Assembly (NCBI GenBank): GCA_038214755.1
Contig: JBBQRQ010000001.1
Coordinates: 74,710-138,709 of the forward strand
Source of the DNA: Verrucomicrobiota bacterium
GTDB lineage: Bacteria; Verrucomicrobiota; Verrucomicrobiia; Limisphaerales; CANJXF01
DNA length: 64,000 nt
Direction: 5' to 3'
Shown here: positions 10,112-20,034 of the stretch, in pieces
Layout: every line of letters begins with the position of its first letter
How positions within the stretch are numbered: position 1 is the first letter of the stretch
Translations under genes and position numbers: made by a program
Notes under the pieces: model-generated
Told to the model about the DNA's origin: nothing
Seen by the model: the letters and a program-made list of their open reading frames with translations, nothing else
The model's database searches: none

Positions 10112-10804
10112 TCAAGGGCCAGGAGGAGCCGAACTGTTCGTTCGCCATCCGGGTTCCGTCGCCCAGAGGTTGAGCGGATTAAAAGTTTTTCCCCACTTCA
10201 TGAAGCGAACACTTCCATCGACGAAGGCATAATCGGATCCGCCGGAATTAGGGCGATTGGCCGAACTGTGTTTTTGTTCATCCAATTGTTTGTCGTCATC
10301 GTAAGCGTAGTAGTCCATGTAAAAATGCCCGGAGTTCTGTTCCTTTTCTCCGAAGACAATGGTTTCGGATGGTTCGTGAATGGAATTTTCGCGGATACCC
10401 GGGTTCAATCCTGGGCCGCCGAAATGATCGTTCCACCCATTGATGATATAGGTGCGCGAAGCGAAATCGGCGGGGACGCTGTTGCTCGGCAAAGTGTTTC
10501 CGAACGTGGCGGGCGTGTTCGTCAGTTCGCTTGGGCACTGCAAAATTTTCACATTGCGGTAGCCCGCTAAAAGTAAAGTTGTCCAGCGATTCGTCGTATC
10601 TCGCGGTGTGAAACGCCCATCGTTGTCATCGGCATACATGCGCTCCGAAAGGCCAAGTTGCTTCAAATTATTTATGCAAACAATTTTGCGACCGGCTTCT
10701 TTCGCGCGGCTTAACGCGGGCAAAAGCATTCCAGCAAGAATAGCGATGATGGCAATTACCACCAGGAGTTCAATCAACGTAAAAGCTTTCGAGCGCAATT
10801 TCAT
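10112..10804 (-). CDS. Prepilin-type N-terminal cleavage/methylation protein with H-X9-DG-like C-terminus
   Basis: [34 protein letters not shown]...[12 protein letters not shown]; paralog of 8322-9077. Confidence 0.85.
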   Translation of the reverse strand: MKLRSKAFTLIELLVVIAIIAILAGMLLPALSRAKEAGRKIVCINNLKQLGLSERMYADDNDGRFTPRDTTNRWTTLLLAGYRNVKILQCPSELTNTPATFGNTLPSNSVPADFASRTYIINGWNDHFGGPGLNPGIRENSIHEPSETIVFGEKEQNSGHFYMDYYAYDDDKQLDEQKHSSANRPNSGGSDYAFVDGSVRFMKWGKTFNPLNLWATEPGWRTNSSAPPGP

Positions 10805-10961
10805 ATGTGAGTTGAGACGTGTTTTTCGCAAATTAAGTTACTCAAAATTTTCGTTCGTTTCGGCGCAAGTCTTATCCTGCACCTTCAAACTATTTCGCGA
10901 AAGAACCGGCGGCCCAAGAATTGCAGCGGCGCGTCTGTGACCGCCGCTAAAATGTTTCAAC

Positions 10962-11927
10962 TTATTTTGCGAAGTGACACGCCGCCCAATGTCCCGGCGT
11001 GATTTCGCGCAGCGGAGGAAGATCGACGCGGCAAATATCCTGGGCGATGGGACAGCGCGGATGAAATGGGCAACCGCTCGGCGGATTTATCGGCGAGGGC
11101 ACATCGCCGGGCAAAACAATGCGCTGCCGTTTTGAATCGGGATCGACCACTGGCACTGCGGAAATGAGTGCTTGCGTGTAAGGATGTTTTGGCTCTTCCA
11201 CGACGGCGGTGGAGGGACCAAGCTCCACAATTTTTCCCAGATACATCACCATCACGCGGCGGCTGATGTGTTTCACCACCGCGAGATCGTGCGCGATGAA
11301 AAGATAGGCCAGGCGGTGTTGCTCCTGCAAATCCTGGAGGAGATTTATGATTTGCGCTTGCACAGAAACGTCGAGCGCGCTGACCGGTTCGTCGCAAATA
11401 ATTATCTTCGGCTCGACTGCCAGCGCGCGCGCGATGCCGATTCGTTGGCGCTGGCCGCCGCTGAATTCATGGGGATATCGCTCGGCATGTTGCTCATTCA
11501 AACCCACTGCTTGCAGAAGTTCGCGAACACGTTTTCGTCGCGCGAGAGAATTCGCCGCGAGTTTGTGAATGTCCAATGCCTCGCCGATAATTTCTTCAAC
11601 CGTCATGCGCGGATTGAGCGAGCCGACCGGGTCTTGAAAAATCATTTGCAATCCGCGCCGGATCGAACGCAACTCCGCGCCGCTCATTTTCGCGATGTCT
11701 TTGCCCTCGAAGAAAGTGCTCCCGGAAGTTGGCTCGACCAGTTTCACGACGGCGCGAGCGAGCGTGGTTTTTCCGCAACCACTTTCGCCCACCAGCCCAA
11801 GAGTTTCGCCAGGTTCAATCGTGAAGCTCACATCGTCCACCGCTTTGACATGAGCATGGACGCGACTGAAGAGCCCGTGTTTGACGGGGAAATGGACTTT
11901 TAAATTTTTAACTTCGAGAAGCGACAT
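10962..11927 (-). CDS. Oligopeptide/dipeptide ABC transporter ATP-binding protein (OppF/DppF-like)
   Basis: [23 protein letters not shown]-terminal [11 protein letters not shown]...ACH. Confidence 0.9.
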   Translation of the reverse strand: MSLLEVKNLKVHFPVKHGLFSRVHAHVKAVDDVSFTIEPGETLGLVGESGCGKTTLARAVVKLVEPTSGSTFFEGKDIAKMSGAELRSIRRGLQMIFQDPVGSLNPRMTVEEIIGEALDIHKLAANSLARRKRVRELLQAVGLNEQHAERYPHEFSGGQRQRIGIARALAVEPKIIICDEPVSALDVSVQAQIINLLQDLQEQHRLAYLFIAHDLAVVKHISRRVMVMYLGKIVELGPSTAVVEEPKHPYTQALISAVPVVDPDSKRQRIVLPGDVPSPINPPSGCPFHPRCPIAQDICRVDLPPLREITPGHWAACHFAK

Positions 11928-11933
11928 GAAGAG

Positions 11934-12188
11934 CTAGAGCTTATTATATTCTTCGTGGGTCCCGATCCAATCCCAGACAAAGATGTCGGAGGTTAGAAAA
12001 TATCCTGTCACGCGATAATGCGCACCCACGCGCGCCGACCATTGATTAGCCCCAATCTCTTTGAACTGGAGTGAAGGATAGAAACGATTTGCCTCCCAGA
12101 GCCTATAATTTTTTCGCGCAAGTTCTTGAACGCGCTTCGGTAATTTGTTGTAACGCCGCCAAAACTCAGGGTCGGCTTTCGCCTTCAT
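11934..12188 (-). CDS. RelE/ParE-like toxin
   Basis: FWRRYNKLPKRVQELARKNYRLW...PSLQFK...WSARVG..YR...WDWIGTHEEYNKL. Confidence 0.75.
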   Translation of the reverse strand: MKAKADPEFWRRYNKLPKRVQELARKNYRLWEANRFYPSLQFKEIGANQWSARVGAHYRVTGYFLTSDIFVWDWIGTHEEYNKL

Positions 12189-12406
12189 TTCGTGTCGCAC
12201 GATGGGAAATCCATCAGCTTGCCGCTCTCGGCATTTTTTTTGGAGGCTTCCATCAAACGATACAACTTGCCGCCCGGCTTGGCGTCCTCAGCCATCTGAC
12301 GATCCCAATCATCGTCCTCGTAGGGATGCAGCAGAGCTTCCAACTCGCAGCGTTCTTTTGGCGAAAGCTGGTCAATCGCTTGTTTGATTTCCACAACGGT
12401 GCTCAT
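12185..12406 (-). CDS. Putative antitoxin
   Basis: MSTVVEIKQAIDQLS...WDRQM..D...GKL; ATGA overlap with the toxin. Confidence 0.7.
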   Translation of the reverse strand: MSTVVEIKQAIDQLSPKERCELEALLHPYEDDDWDRQMAEDAKPGGKLYRLMEASKKNAESGKLMDFPSCDTK

Positions 12407-12495
12407 GGTGAAAAAATAAACTGAAATCCAGCAACCCGTCAATTTGTCAAATCGCCGCTTCAGGCTAATGGGCGCATCTCGACACTACCACCAAA

Positions 12496-12591
12496 GTAGT
12501 GGGGCAGACATCCTGTCTGCCATTGGGGCTTCCAGCCCCAGGTTCGCGGGCAAGATGCCCGCTCAGACAGGCTGGAAGCCTGCCCCACTAC
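12496..12591. repeat. REPIN-like family F inverted pair
   Basis: GTAGTGGGGCAGACATCCTGTCTGCC ... CAGGCTGGAAGCCTGCCCCACTAC. Confidence 0.75.
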
Positions 12592-12687
12592 ATCTGATTG
12601 GATTGGTGGTGGTGTCAAGATGCGCCCTTTGCATCATTGCTTCGGAGATTGCATTTGCCGTGGTGAAGTGCAAGTTGACCGCGCAGC

Positions 12688-13284
12688 ATGAACGAACAAT
12701 CTGGAGGATCACCACCGGGACCACTTTCTCCTCGGCCCAATCGACGGCCACCTCGCCGGCGTCGCGGCCCCCGCAGACCGCCAGATAATCGCCCGCCGCC
12801 AACTCAGTTGCCGCCGGGCGTCGCAGCGATTGCCGCCGAGCATACGACGGCTCTTCCCGTTTTCGATCAGCCTCCTCGCGACGCGGACCGGAATTTACCC
12901 GAGCGTTATCCACAACCGCATCGACCCATTGGTTCGCCCATCGCGCATGTGGTGGCGAAGGTCGAAGAAATTATCAAAACTTTAAAAGAGACTTTGCGGG
13001 ATTTGGAAGAAGCTTTGGAAACGCTCGACGACGCCCAACGCCAGCAAATCGGCGATGAAAAAGAAATTGAGTCATTGCGCAGGGCCTTGTCGATGTTGCA
13101 GCGAGATAGACAATCGTCACGAGACGAACCGCGCGATCGTCCGGAAAATCGTGGACGTGCGCCGGGAAGATCGCCCGAAAGCCACCGGGATAAAACAATT
13201 GCTCCGCCCACAAATGATTCGGGCAACGCGACTGAGGAACCAACTCCGGCGGCAGAAACTCCATCCTCCAGACCCGTCGTATAA
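12688..13284 (+). CDS. Hypothetical Pro/Arg-rich protein with central coiled coil
   Basis: 198 aa ORF in line with hslR and dtd; heptad segment VEEIIKTLKETLRDLEEALETL. Confidence 0.6.
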   Translation: MNEQSGGSPPGPLSPRPNRRPPRRRRGPRRPPDNRPPPTQLPPGVAAIAAEHTTALPVFDQPPRDADRNLPERYPQPHRPIGSPIAHVVAKVEEIIKTLKETLRDLEEALETLDDAQRQQIGDEKEIESLRRALSMLQRDRQSSRDEPRDRPENRGRAPGRSPESHRDKTIAPPTNDSGNATEEPTPAAETPSSRPVV

Positions 13285-13296
13285 TTTTTTGTCGCG

Positions 13297-13680
13297 ATGG
13301 AACCCGCGATCCAATCCGTGCGAATTGATAAATGGCTCTGGTCGGTCCGGCTCTACAAATCCCGGAGCATGGCGAGTGAGGCTTGTGCGAGGGGCCAAGT
13401 GAATGTCAACGGACAACCGGCTAAAGCCTCGCGTTGCGTAAAACCCGGCGACGTCATCACCGCGCTCGTTGGTGATCTCAATCGGAGCATCAAAGTCATC
13501 GCGCTGCTCGACCAACGTGTCGGCGCAAAACTGGTCAGCCAATTTCTCGAAGACCTCACCTCTCCCGCCGAATACGCCAGGCCCAAAGAGAAAAATTTCC
13601 AGCCATTTATTTTTCGGCCCAAGGGAAGCGGACGCCCGACAAAAAAAGAACGCCGCAGCATCCAGGGATTTTTCCAGTAG
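13297..13680 (+). CDS. hslR: Ribosome-associated heat shock protein Hsp15 (S4 domain)
   Basis: VRIDKWLWSVRLYKSRS.A, GRPTKKERR. Confidence 0.9.
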   Translation: MEPAIQSVRIDKWLWSVRLYKSRSMASEACARGQVNVNGQPAKASRCVKPGDVITALVGDLNRSIKVIALLDQRVGAKLVSQFLEDLTSPAEYARPKEKNFQPFIFRPKGSGRPTKKERRSIQGFFQ

Positions 13681-13697
13681 CTTTTTACCTTCGCAAA

Positions 13698-14150
13698 ATG
13701 AGAGCGGTTATCCAGCGAGTTTCCAAAGCCAGCGTCACCATTGGGGGAGCCACGAAAAGTTCGATAGGCCCGGGGCTTCACGTTTTGTTGGCTGTCGAGG
13801 AAACTGACAGCGTAGAAGACATCGAATGGTTGAGCGGGAAAATTGTGCGCTTGAGAATTTTCGATGATGAGTCGGGCGTGATGAATTGTTCCGTGCAGGA
13901 AATTGGCGGCGAGATTCTGGTCGTCAGCCAATTCACGTTGTTCGCCAGCACGAAGAAAGGAAATCGTCCTTCTTACTCTCGTTCCGCGCGGCCAGAGATC
14001 GCCATCCCGATTTACGAGAAATTTCTGGCGAAGTTGACAGCGGATTTTGGAAAACAAATTGAGACCGGAGAGTTCCGCGCCCACGTGAAAGTGAGCCTGA
14101 CCAACGACGGCCCGGTGACGATCATCATTGATTCCAAAAATCGCGAATGA
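13698..14150 (+). CDS. dtd: D-aminoacyl-tRNA deacylase
   Basis: MRAVIQRV, SQFTL, KGNRPS, NDGPVT. Confidence 0.95.
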   Translation: MRAVIQRVSKASVTIGGATKSSIGPGLHVLLAVEETDSVEDIEWLSGKIVRLRIFDDESGVMNCSVQEIGGEILVVSQFTLFASTKKGNRPSYSRSARPEIAIPIYEKFLAKLTADFGKQIETGEFRAHVKVSLTNDGPVTIIIDSKNRE

Positions 14151-14161
14151 TCAAAGTCGCA

Positions 14162-14393
14162 TCGTAGCCGCCGACGTGAGGAGGCGGAGAACCTAATGAA
14201 TCGGGGTAGCATCTGCCTCCGGCGGTTGCGAAGAATTTTTCGCGGAGCGCCGATCTCCTGATCGGCAGGGACCAGTCCTCAAGGCACGAGCCGATCGGGA
14301 GATCGGCGTTCCGAAAGAGATTTTTTTCGCACCCGCCGGGGGCAGATGCTACCCCGTTTTAGACCATCCGCCTCCTCACGTCGGCGGCTACGA
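14162..14393. repeat. Triple-nested palindrome B(A(G G')A')B'
   Basis: B 14162-14188/14367-14393; A 14202-14232/14326-14356; G 14244-14266/14290-14312. Confidence 0.9.
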
Positions 14394-14419
14394 CATCGCC
14401 AAAATCCAGACGCGAATGA

Positions 14420-14998
14420 TCAAAGGCCGCTGCCACGATGGCGAATGAGTTCCAAAAATTCCGTGCGCGTGCGCGCGTCATCGCGAAAACGGCCGAGCAT
14501 CGCGGAAGTGATCGCGTAGGAATTTTGTTTCTCCACTCCGCGCATCATCATGCAGAGATGCTGCGCTTCGATGACCACCCCGACGCCATCGGCCTTAATT
14601 AGATCGAGAATGGTGCGGGCGATTTCGTGGGTCATCCGTTCCTGCACTTGAAGTCTGCGCGCAAAAACGTCAACCAGGCGCGGCAATTTGGAGAGGCCAA
14701 TTACTTTTCCCGTGGGCAGATAGGCGATGTGACATTTTCCAAAAAACGGGAGCATGTGATGTTCGCACAAGCTGTAAAAATCGATGTCCTTGACGATGAC
14801 CATTTCGTCAGACTCGACCTCGAAAAGCGCGTTGTTGAGGACGGTTTTTGGATCGCTCTGGTAACCTTTCGTCAAAAATTCCAGAGACTCCGCCACTCGT
14901 ATCGGAGTGCGTTTCAATCCATCGCGATTTGGATTTTCGCCCAGCAACTCGATTTGTTTTTTCACCAGGCGCGCGAGTTGGTCGGTCTGTTTTTTCAT
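14420..14998 (-). CDS. folE: GTP cyclohydrolase I
   Basis: [43 protein letters not shown]. Confidence 0.95.
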   Translation of the reverse strand: MKKQTDQLARLVKKQIELLGENPNRDGLKRTPIRVAESLEFLTKGYQSDPKTVLNNALFEVESDEMVIVKDIDFYSLCEHHMLPFFGKCHIAYLPTGKVIGLSKLPRLVDVFARRLQVQERMTHEIARTILDLIKADGVGVVIEAQHLCMMMRGVEKQNSYAITSAMLGRFRDDARTRTEFLELIRHRGSGL

Positions 14999-15133
14999 CG
15001 GAGAAAAGGTTGAACCATCGCCTGACTGCCGTCCAGTCTTTCGGTTCCGTTTGACGTCGCGTTTCGACAAATCGGTGATGATTTATAGCACCAACCCGAC
15101 CGAGGAAGATTGCTGAACCCGACTCTGCCGTTT

Positions 15134-15171
15134 GGACAACTTTATGTTGCATATGCAACACAAACTTGTCC
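15134..15171. promoter_or_regulatory. Candidate transcription-factor operator between divergent folE and AsmA-like gene
   Basis: Perfect 16-bp palindrome TGTTGCATATGCAACA (15145-15160) flanked by GGACAA/TTGTCC. Confidence 0.5.
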
Positions 15172-15254
15172 CGCGTCTCGAATGTTTATTTTATTGTGTG
15201 TCCCGAATATTCTCGTTTGACAGAATTTTCAGGCAGCGACACTATCGGTCCGTT

Positions 15255-16013
15255 ATGAAAAAGTGGGTTCTCCGAGTTGGGGTGATTGTCCTGGTTCTCG
15301 TCATTGCGCTGCTGGCGGGCGTTTTTATTTCCCTGAATTCCATCGTGAAAAAGGGCGTGGAAACTGTCGGTCCGCAATTGACCCAAACCGATGTCCGCCT
15401 CGGCAGCGCGAAATTATCGCCGATGTCCGGCAACGGCGAGTTGAGCAAATTGTTCGTGGGCAATCCAGAAGGTTACAAAACTCCATCGGCGATTGAGGTG
15501 AAAAATGTCAAAGTGGCCGTGAAACTTTCCTCGGTTTTGTCGAAGACGATTGTCATCGATGAAATAAATCTGCAAGCGCCGGAGATTAATTTTGAAGGAG
15601 GATTGACCGGAAATAATTTGATGAAAATTTTGAAAAATCTGGAGGGCGCGCCGGACGATGTGAAGACGACTCCGAATGGAAAATCCGCCAGCGAAGGCGC
15701 GCGAAAATATTTCGTGAAAGATGTCGTGATCGACGGCGGACTGATCCATGTCAACGTCAGCGCGCTCGGCAACACCCAGGCGTTCACGGTTCCGCTCCCG
15801 CCGATTCATTTGGAGAATATCGGTTCGGAAAATAATGGCGTGACCGCCGCGCAACTTTGCAAAGAAATCATGAAACCCCTCGTGGCCAGCGCGATGAAGT
15901 CCGGCATGGAAGCCGTCGCGGGACTCGGCTCGAAGGTCAAAGAGATCGGCAAAGGCGCCACGGAGCAGATCGACAAAACCACTTCGGGACTGAAAGGGAT
16001 TTTCAAGAAATAA
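15255..16013 (+). CDS. AsmA-like/DUF748-like membrane-anchored protein
   Basis: N-terminal TM segment, VGNPEGYKTPSAI, IVIDEI.LQAPEI, PLPPIHL.NIG. Confidence 0.65.
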   Translation: MKKWVLRVGVIVLVLVIALLAGVFISLNSIVKKGVETVGPQLTQTDVRLGSAKLSPMSGNGELSKLFVGNPEGYKTPSAIEVKNVKVAVKLSSVLSKTIVIDEINLQAPEINFEGGLTGNNLMKILKNLEGAPDDVKTTPNGKSASEGARKYFVKDVVIDGGLIHVNVSALGNTQAFTVPLPPIHLENIGSENNGVTAAQLCKEIMKPLVASAMKSGMEAVAGLGSKVKEIGKGATEQIDKTTSGLKGIFKK

Positions 16014-16028
16014 CGCGGATTTTTATTT

Positions 16029-16481
16029 ATGAGCATGATCAAAGAATTCAAAGAGTTTGCCCTGCGCGGCAACGTGGTGGACTTAGCAGTCGGCATCATC
16101 ATCGGCGGCGCATTCGGGAAAATCGTAACCTCACTGGTCAACGACATCTTTATGCCTCCAATTGGCAAAGCACTGGGAGGAGTGGATTTCAAAGAGTTGT
16201 TCTATAATCTTGACCCGAGCAAAACGACCAAACTTGGCGCGCACGTAAAAACTTTGGCGGACGCCACGGACGCGGGAGCGGCTGTGATTAGGTACGGTTT
16301 GTTCATCAACACCGTGATTGAGTTTATCATCGTGGCATTTTGCATTTTCCTCGTCGTAAAAGGAATGAACTCGTTGAAGAAAAAACCCGATCTAACTCCG
16401 CCTCCCCCTGCGCCTCCGACAAAGGAAGAAGTATTGCTCACTGAAATTCGTGACACTCTTCGTAGTCGGAATCTATCGTAG
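16029..16481 (+). CDS. mscL: Large-conductance mechanosensitive channel
   Basis: [40 protein letters not shown]. Confidence 0.95.
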   Translation: MSMIKEFKEFALRGNVVDLAVGIIIGGAFGKIVTSLVNDIFMPPIGKALGGVDFKELFYNLDPSKTTKLGAHVKTLADATDAGAAVIRYGLFINTVIEFIIVAFCIFLVVKGMNSLKKKPDLTPPPPAPPTKEEVLLTEIRDTLRSRNLS

Positions 16482-16685
16482 CCGCCGACATGAGGAGAAC
16501 ACCACTGCGAAACGCCGGGCATCGGCACCCCAATCCTGAATTGGTAGGGCGAGTCACTCCGTGCGCGCCGTCCCTGGGTCGTATGTTACTCGGCGCGCAC
16601 GGAGTGACGCGCCCTACCTTGAGCTTCGTGGGTAAGCGGATTTCGGACTGAAAAACACAAATCGCCTTCTCACGTCGGCGGCTAC
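16476..16685. repeat. Nested palindrome B(D D')B'
   Basis: B 16476-16497/16663-16685; D GGTAGGGCGAGTCACTCCGTGCGCGCCG 16543-16570/16591-16618. Confidence 0.85.
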
Positions 16686-16690
16686 ACCTT

Positions 16691-17611
16691 GTGAAACTGC
16701 TTCTACTCCTATTGCTAATGACAGGAGCTTTGGTGGGTTGCTTTACCTCCACTTACAGGTCAAGCCATCCTATAAATGTGCTCACTACAAACGTTCCACC
16801 GGACGTGCAAGTCAGCATGACTAATACCGTTCCTGACCCACTTACCGTTAAACTGGAACCCGGCCTGGAGAAGGCTTTGGTTCGAGCAATAGAGTCAGTA
16901 GCAAAACAAACCAACGGCACGATAGTCATACAGCCAACCAACGCCACGCCTACGATCGTTACAATTCAGGTGACCAACCCTATGGCGTTGCCCGATACGT
17001 TCACGTTCAGGCCAGATACCAACACCGCGCAATTATTGCACGACATCAAAAATAAAAAGAGTGGCGTGACCGACTTGCTTCTCGGCAGCGCGCTTACCTT
17101 GTTGGGAAGTCTGGTTGTGCTGGGCATCGGCAAATATTCTGAGAAGAGAAGGTCCACCAACATTCTTCTGGCAATACGGCGGGAGATCGAAGCATTGCGG
17201 AAAGTCTATGCAACCAACCTGCGCTCTATCCTGAACCAGGTACCGGCCGATGGAATTTTTCCAGAACGCGCGTCGCTGACTGTCAATTGGTTTGCCGTTT
17301 ATGAAGGCAATACCGAATACCTCGGACGTTTCGATCCAGAGACTGCTCAGAAACTGATCCTTGCTCATGCCAGTTTGAAAAGCTTGATAGAATCCTACCG
17401 GCTCAACAACACCCTCCTGGATCAATGGGGAGTAGTGAGTCAAAGCTATCAGCCCGCACAAGGGACCTTCGGTCAGGAAATGACTCCGCCGGAAAGGATC
17501 ATTTACAAACTCCTTCAACTCAGGCTACCTGAGATTAAAGCCGCCGACACGACCATGGAAAACAATGTCAACGACCTCCTGGCCCACCTTGACCAGAAAG
17601 GTATCAACTAA
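16691..17611 (+). CDS. Hypothetical lipoprotein-like protein with an internal TM helix
   Basis: MKLLLLLLLMTGALVGC lipobox-like start; TM LLLGSALTLLGSLVVLGIG; codon style differs from the backbone. Confidence 0.6.
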   Translation: MKLLLLLLLMTGALVGCFTSTYRSSHPINVLTTNVPPDVQVSMTNTVPDPLTVKLEPGLEKALVRAIESVAKQTNGTIVIQPTNATPTIVTIQVTNPMALPDTFTFRPDTNTAQLLHDIKNKKSGVTDLLLGSALTLLGSLVVLGIGKYSEKRRSTNILLAIRREIEALRKVYATNLRSILNQVPADGIFPERASLTVNWFAVYEGNTEYLGRFDPETAQKLILAHASLKSLIESYRLNNTLLDQWGVVSQSYQPAQGTFGQEMTPPERIIYKLLQLRLPEIKAADTTMENNVNDLLAHLDQKGIN

Positions 17612-17648
17612 TCACACAAGACCTCTCGTATCGCAAAAAATTATAGCT

Positions 17649-19448
17649 ATGACTATTACAAAACAAAAGAACGGCTTCTCCGTCAAAGCCTATCAAGGAG
17701 ATGCCAAGGCACTTCTCGCTTTCAACCTATCCGCGGCGAAGACGAAGAACCTCGCCGGGTTCACCATTCAATTTCGTCCTGAAGGCAAACCATCCTTCTA
17801 TTTGTCAAATAGCTTGCAGTTCAAGGACCCATCCCAACATGTGCAAGACGCTACCTTGCCTCCTACCTCCAGCATCAATGCTCCTATCCATAAGTTTCGA
17901 TGGGTGCATGTTCCCGGCTCCTTGCAACAAGGGACAAAACCTTTTTACGGAACCTATACCTATACCGTGACGCCGCGCTATTTCGATGACAATGGTTCAA
18001 TGATAGCGATCGATCCAACGTTAAGCGTGGCAGTGGCAGTGAAGGTAGGGCCTTTCGCCAAAGATAAAATTGAAGCAGCCTTTACCAGAGGCTTCACCCA
18101 GTCGCAGGCTTTCGTGCATCACTTCGGCCCGAAAGCAATCTTCCGCCCGAAAGAGAAGGAGTTGCTATTCGATACCTCACAAGTCTCCGGCAAAAACAGC
18201 GCGGGGCATGACTATACCTTTGCCGAGGAATACGAATGGCTTGGCTATACCGCGCGGGAAAAAATCTTTACGCTCGCCAATGAAGTCTTGAACAACAAGC
18301 AGCTTCGTCTGGACGTGTTCGCCTATGACTTGAATGAACCTGGCTTGATGAAACTGTTTTTGGAATTAGCCAAGCAAGGACGCATCCGCGTGATTCTCGA
18401 CGATGCAGCACTACACCACGACTCGGATGCGACCAAACCGGAAGACCAGTTTGAGGGACTATTCAACAAAGCAGCCAAGGCGCCGGCGGGAATCTTGCGC
18501 GGAAACTTTGGCCGGTATGCGCATAACAAGGTCTTCATCGTATCGAAGGGTAAAAAGGCAGTTAAAGTCCTCACCGGCTCAACTAACTTCTCTATCACGG
18601 GTTTGTATGTGAACTCCAACCATGTGTTGATCTTCAATGATCCACTGGTAGCGGCCACTTACTCGCAGGTCTTCACCGACGCATGGGACGGAAAAGTCTC
18701 CGTTAAGTTCAACCAGACGACAGAAGCAGGCAAGGTATTCTCCTTTACTACCGGGTCGAAGGTTGAAGTCACCTTCTCACCTCACGCGGAAACGTTTGCC
18801 ACGGAGATTCTCGACAAGATGGCCGCGCGTATTGCCGAGGAAGGAAAACAAAAAAATGGCAGCGTCCTGTTTGCCGTGATGGGACTTGATGAAGGGACTG
18901 GACCGATTTTTCCCACGTTGAAGGAACTGCATAGTAACGAAACTATTTTCAGTTATGGCATCTCCGACACGCCGGGCGGAATCTACCTTTATACCCGACG
19001 CAAGAAGACTGGCGTGCTCGTCAGTGGGAGACCTACTCGCACCAAGCTGCCTCCACCCTTTGACCAGGTTCCCGGTGTAGGCATAGGTCATCAGGTGCAC
19101 CATAAATTCGTCGTATGTGGTTTCAATGGTAACAACCCGGTCGTCTATTGCGGTTCATCAAACCTCGCTCTGCTGGGAGAACAGGTTAATGGCGATAACC
19201 TTCTCGCCATATACGATGGCGACATCGCGACCGTCTTCGCTATCGAAGCGCTCGCCTTGGTGGATCATTTTGATTTTCTCGATCGAAGTGCGGAGAAGGC
19301 GAAAGTAAGTCCCGCGAAAATCCTATCCGCCTCCCGGCAACAACAAGCAATCCAGGCGGGTTGGTTTTTATCTACTACTGATAAGTGGACCATTCCCTAT
19401 TTCGACGCCAATGATCTGCATTGCGTTGACCGGTTGCTTTTCGCTTAA
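17649..19448 (+). CDS. Phospholipase D-superfamily protein (two HxK motifs)
   Basis: YAHNKVFIV...VLTGSTNFS and VHHKFVVC...YCGSSNL. Confidence 0.85.
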   Translation: MTITKQKNGFSVKAYQGDAKALLAFNLSAAKTKNLAGFTIQFRPEGKPSFYLSNSLQFKDPSQHVQDATLPPTSSINAPIHKFRWVHVPGSLQQGTKPFYGTYTYTVTPRYFDDNGSMIAIDPTLSVAVAVKVGPFAKDKIEAAFTRGFTQSQAFVHHFGPKAIFRPKEKELLFDTSQVSGKNSAGHDYTFAEEYEWLGYTAREKIFTLANEVLNNKQLRLDVFAYDLNEPGLMKLFLELAKQGRIRVILDDAALHHDSDATKPEDQFEGLFNKAAKAPAGILRGNFGRYAHNKVFIVSKGKKAVKVLTGSTNFSITGLYVNSNHVLIFNDPLVAATYSQVFTDAWDGKVSVKFNQTTEAGKVFSFTTGSKVEVTFSPHAETFATEILDKMAARIAEEGKQKNGSVLFAVMGLDEGTGPIFPTLKELHSNETIFSYGISDTPGGIYLYTRRKKTGVLVSGRPTRTKLPPPFDQVPGVGIGHQVHHKFVVCGFNGNNPVVYCGSSNLALLGEQVNGDNLLAIYDGDIATVFAIEALALVDHFDFLDRSAEKAKVSPAKILSASRQQQAIQAGWFLSTTDKWTIPYFDANDLHCVDRLLFA

Positions 19449-19467
19449 CCGGAATCAGTCAGTAAAA

Positions 19468-19932
19468 AGAAACGCTCGACCTCACCCCGGCCCTCTCCTC
19501 CGAGGAGAGGGAGAATTGTTTGCCGCGTTTTGGTAACGCCTGACGAACTGGGTTGTGATGCGCGTTCTTTTGCGAATGACCCGAAGGCGGGAATGACACA
19601 ACGAGCTTCCGAACTTTCCAGAGACGCCGATACTATTCCCTCTCCTCGGGGGAGAGGGTTAGGGTGAGGGCGAGCAATCTCTAACTGGAACTCTAATTAA
19701 CGGAACTATTTTCAGTGAAGAGAAACGCTCGACCTCACCCCGGCCCTCTCCTCCGAGGAGAGGGAGAATTGTTTGCCGCGTTTTGGTAACGCCTGACGAA
19801 CTGGGTTGTGATGCGCGTTCTTTTGCGAATGACCCGAAGGCGGGAACGGAACAACGAGTCTCCGAACTTCCAAGAGACGCCGATACTATTCCCTCTCCTC
19901 GGGGGAGAGGGTTTAGGGTGAGGGCGAGCAAT
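19468..19932. repeat. Tandem duplication of a ~210-bp MITE/REPIN-like unit (family H)
   Basis: Near-identical copies 19468-19678 and 19721-19932, bounded by CCTCACCCCGGCCCTCTCC...GGAGAGGG(T)TAGGGTGAGGG inverted ends. Confidence 0.9.
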
Positions 19933-20034
19933 TTTTCCACTGACTGGTTACGTTTAGATGGACAGATATTTCGGGGAGACGGTAGAGAATTCTCCTTCTC
20001 CTTGGGGAGAAGGCCGGGATGAGGGAGTGCCTTC

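Noticed and set aside
14999..15133. Riboswitch upstream of folE (THF-II, ZTP, preQ1)
   Set aside because: I could not match the consensus elements by eye; an Infernal/Rfam scan would be needed.
19468..19932. Possible CRISPR array or ncRNA
   Set aside because: Only two ~210-bp copies with a shared interior, no unique spacers, and no cas genes.
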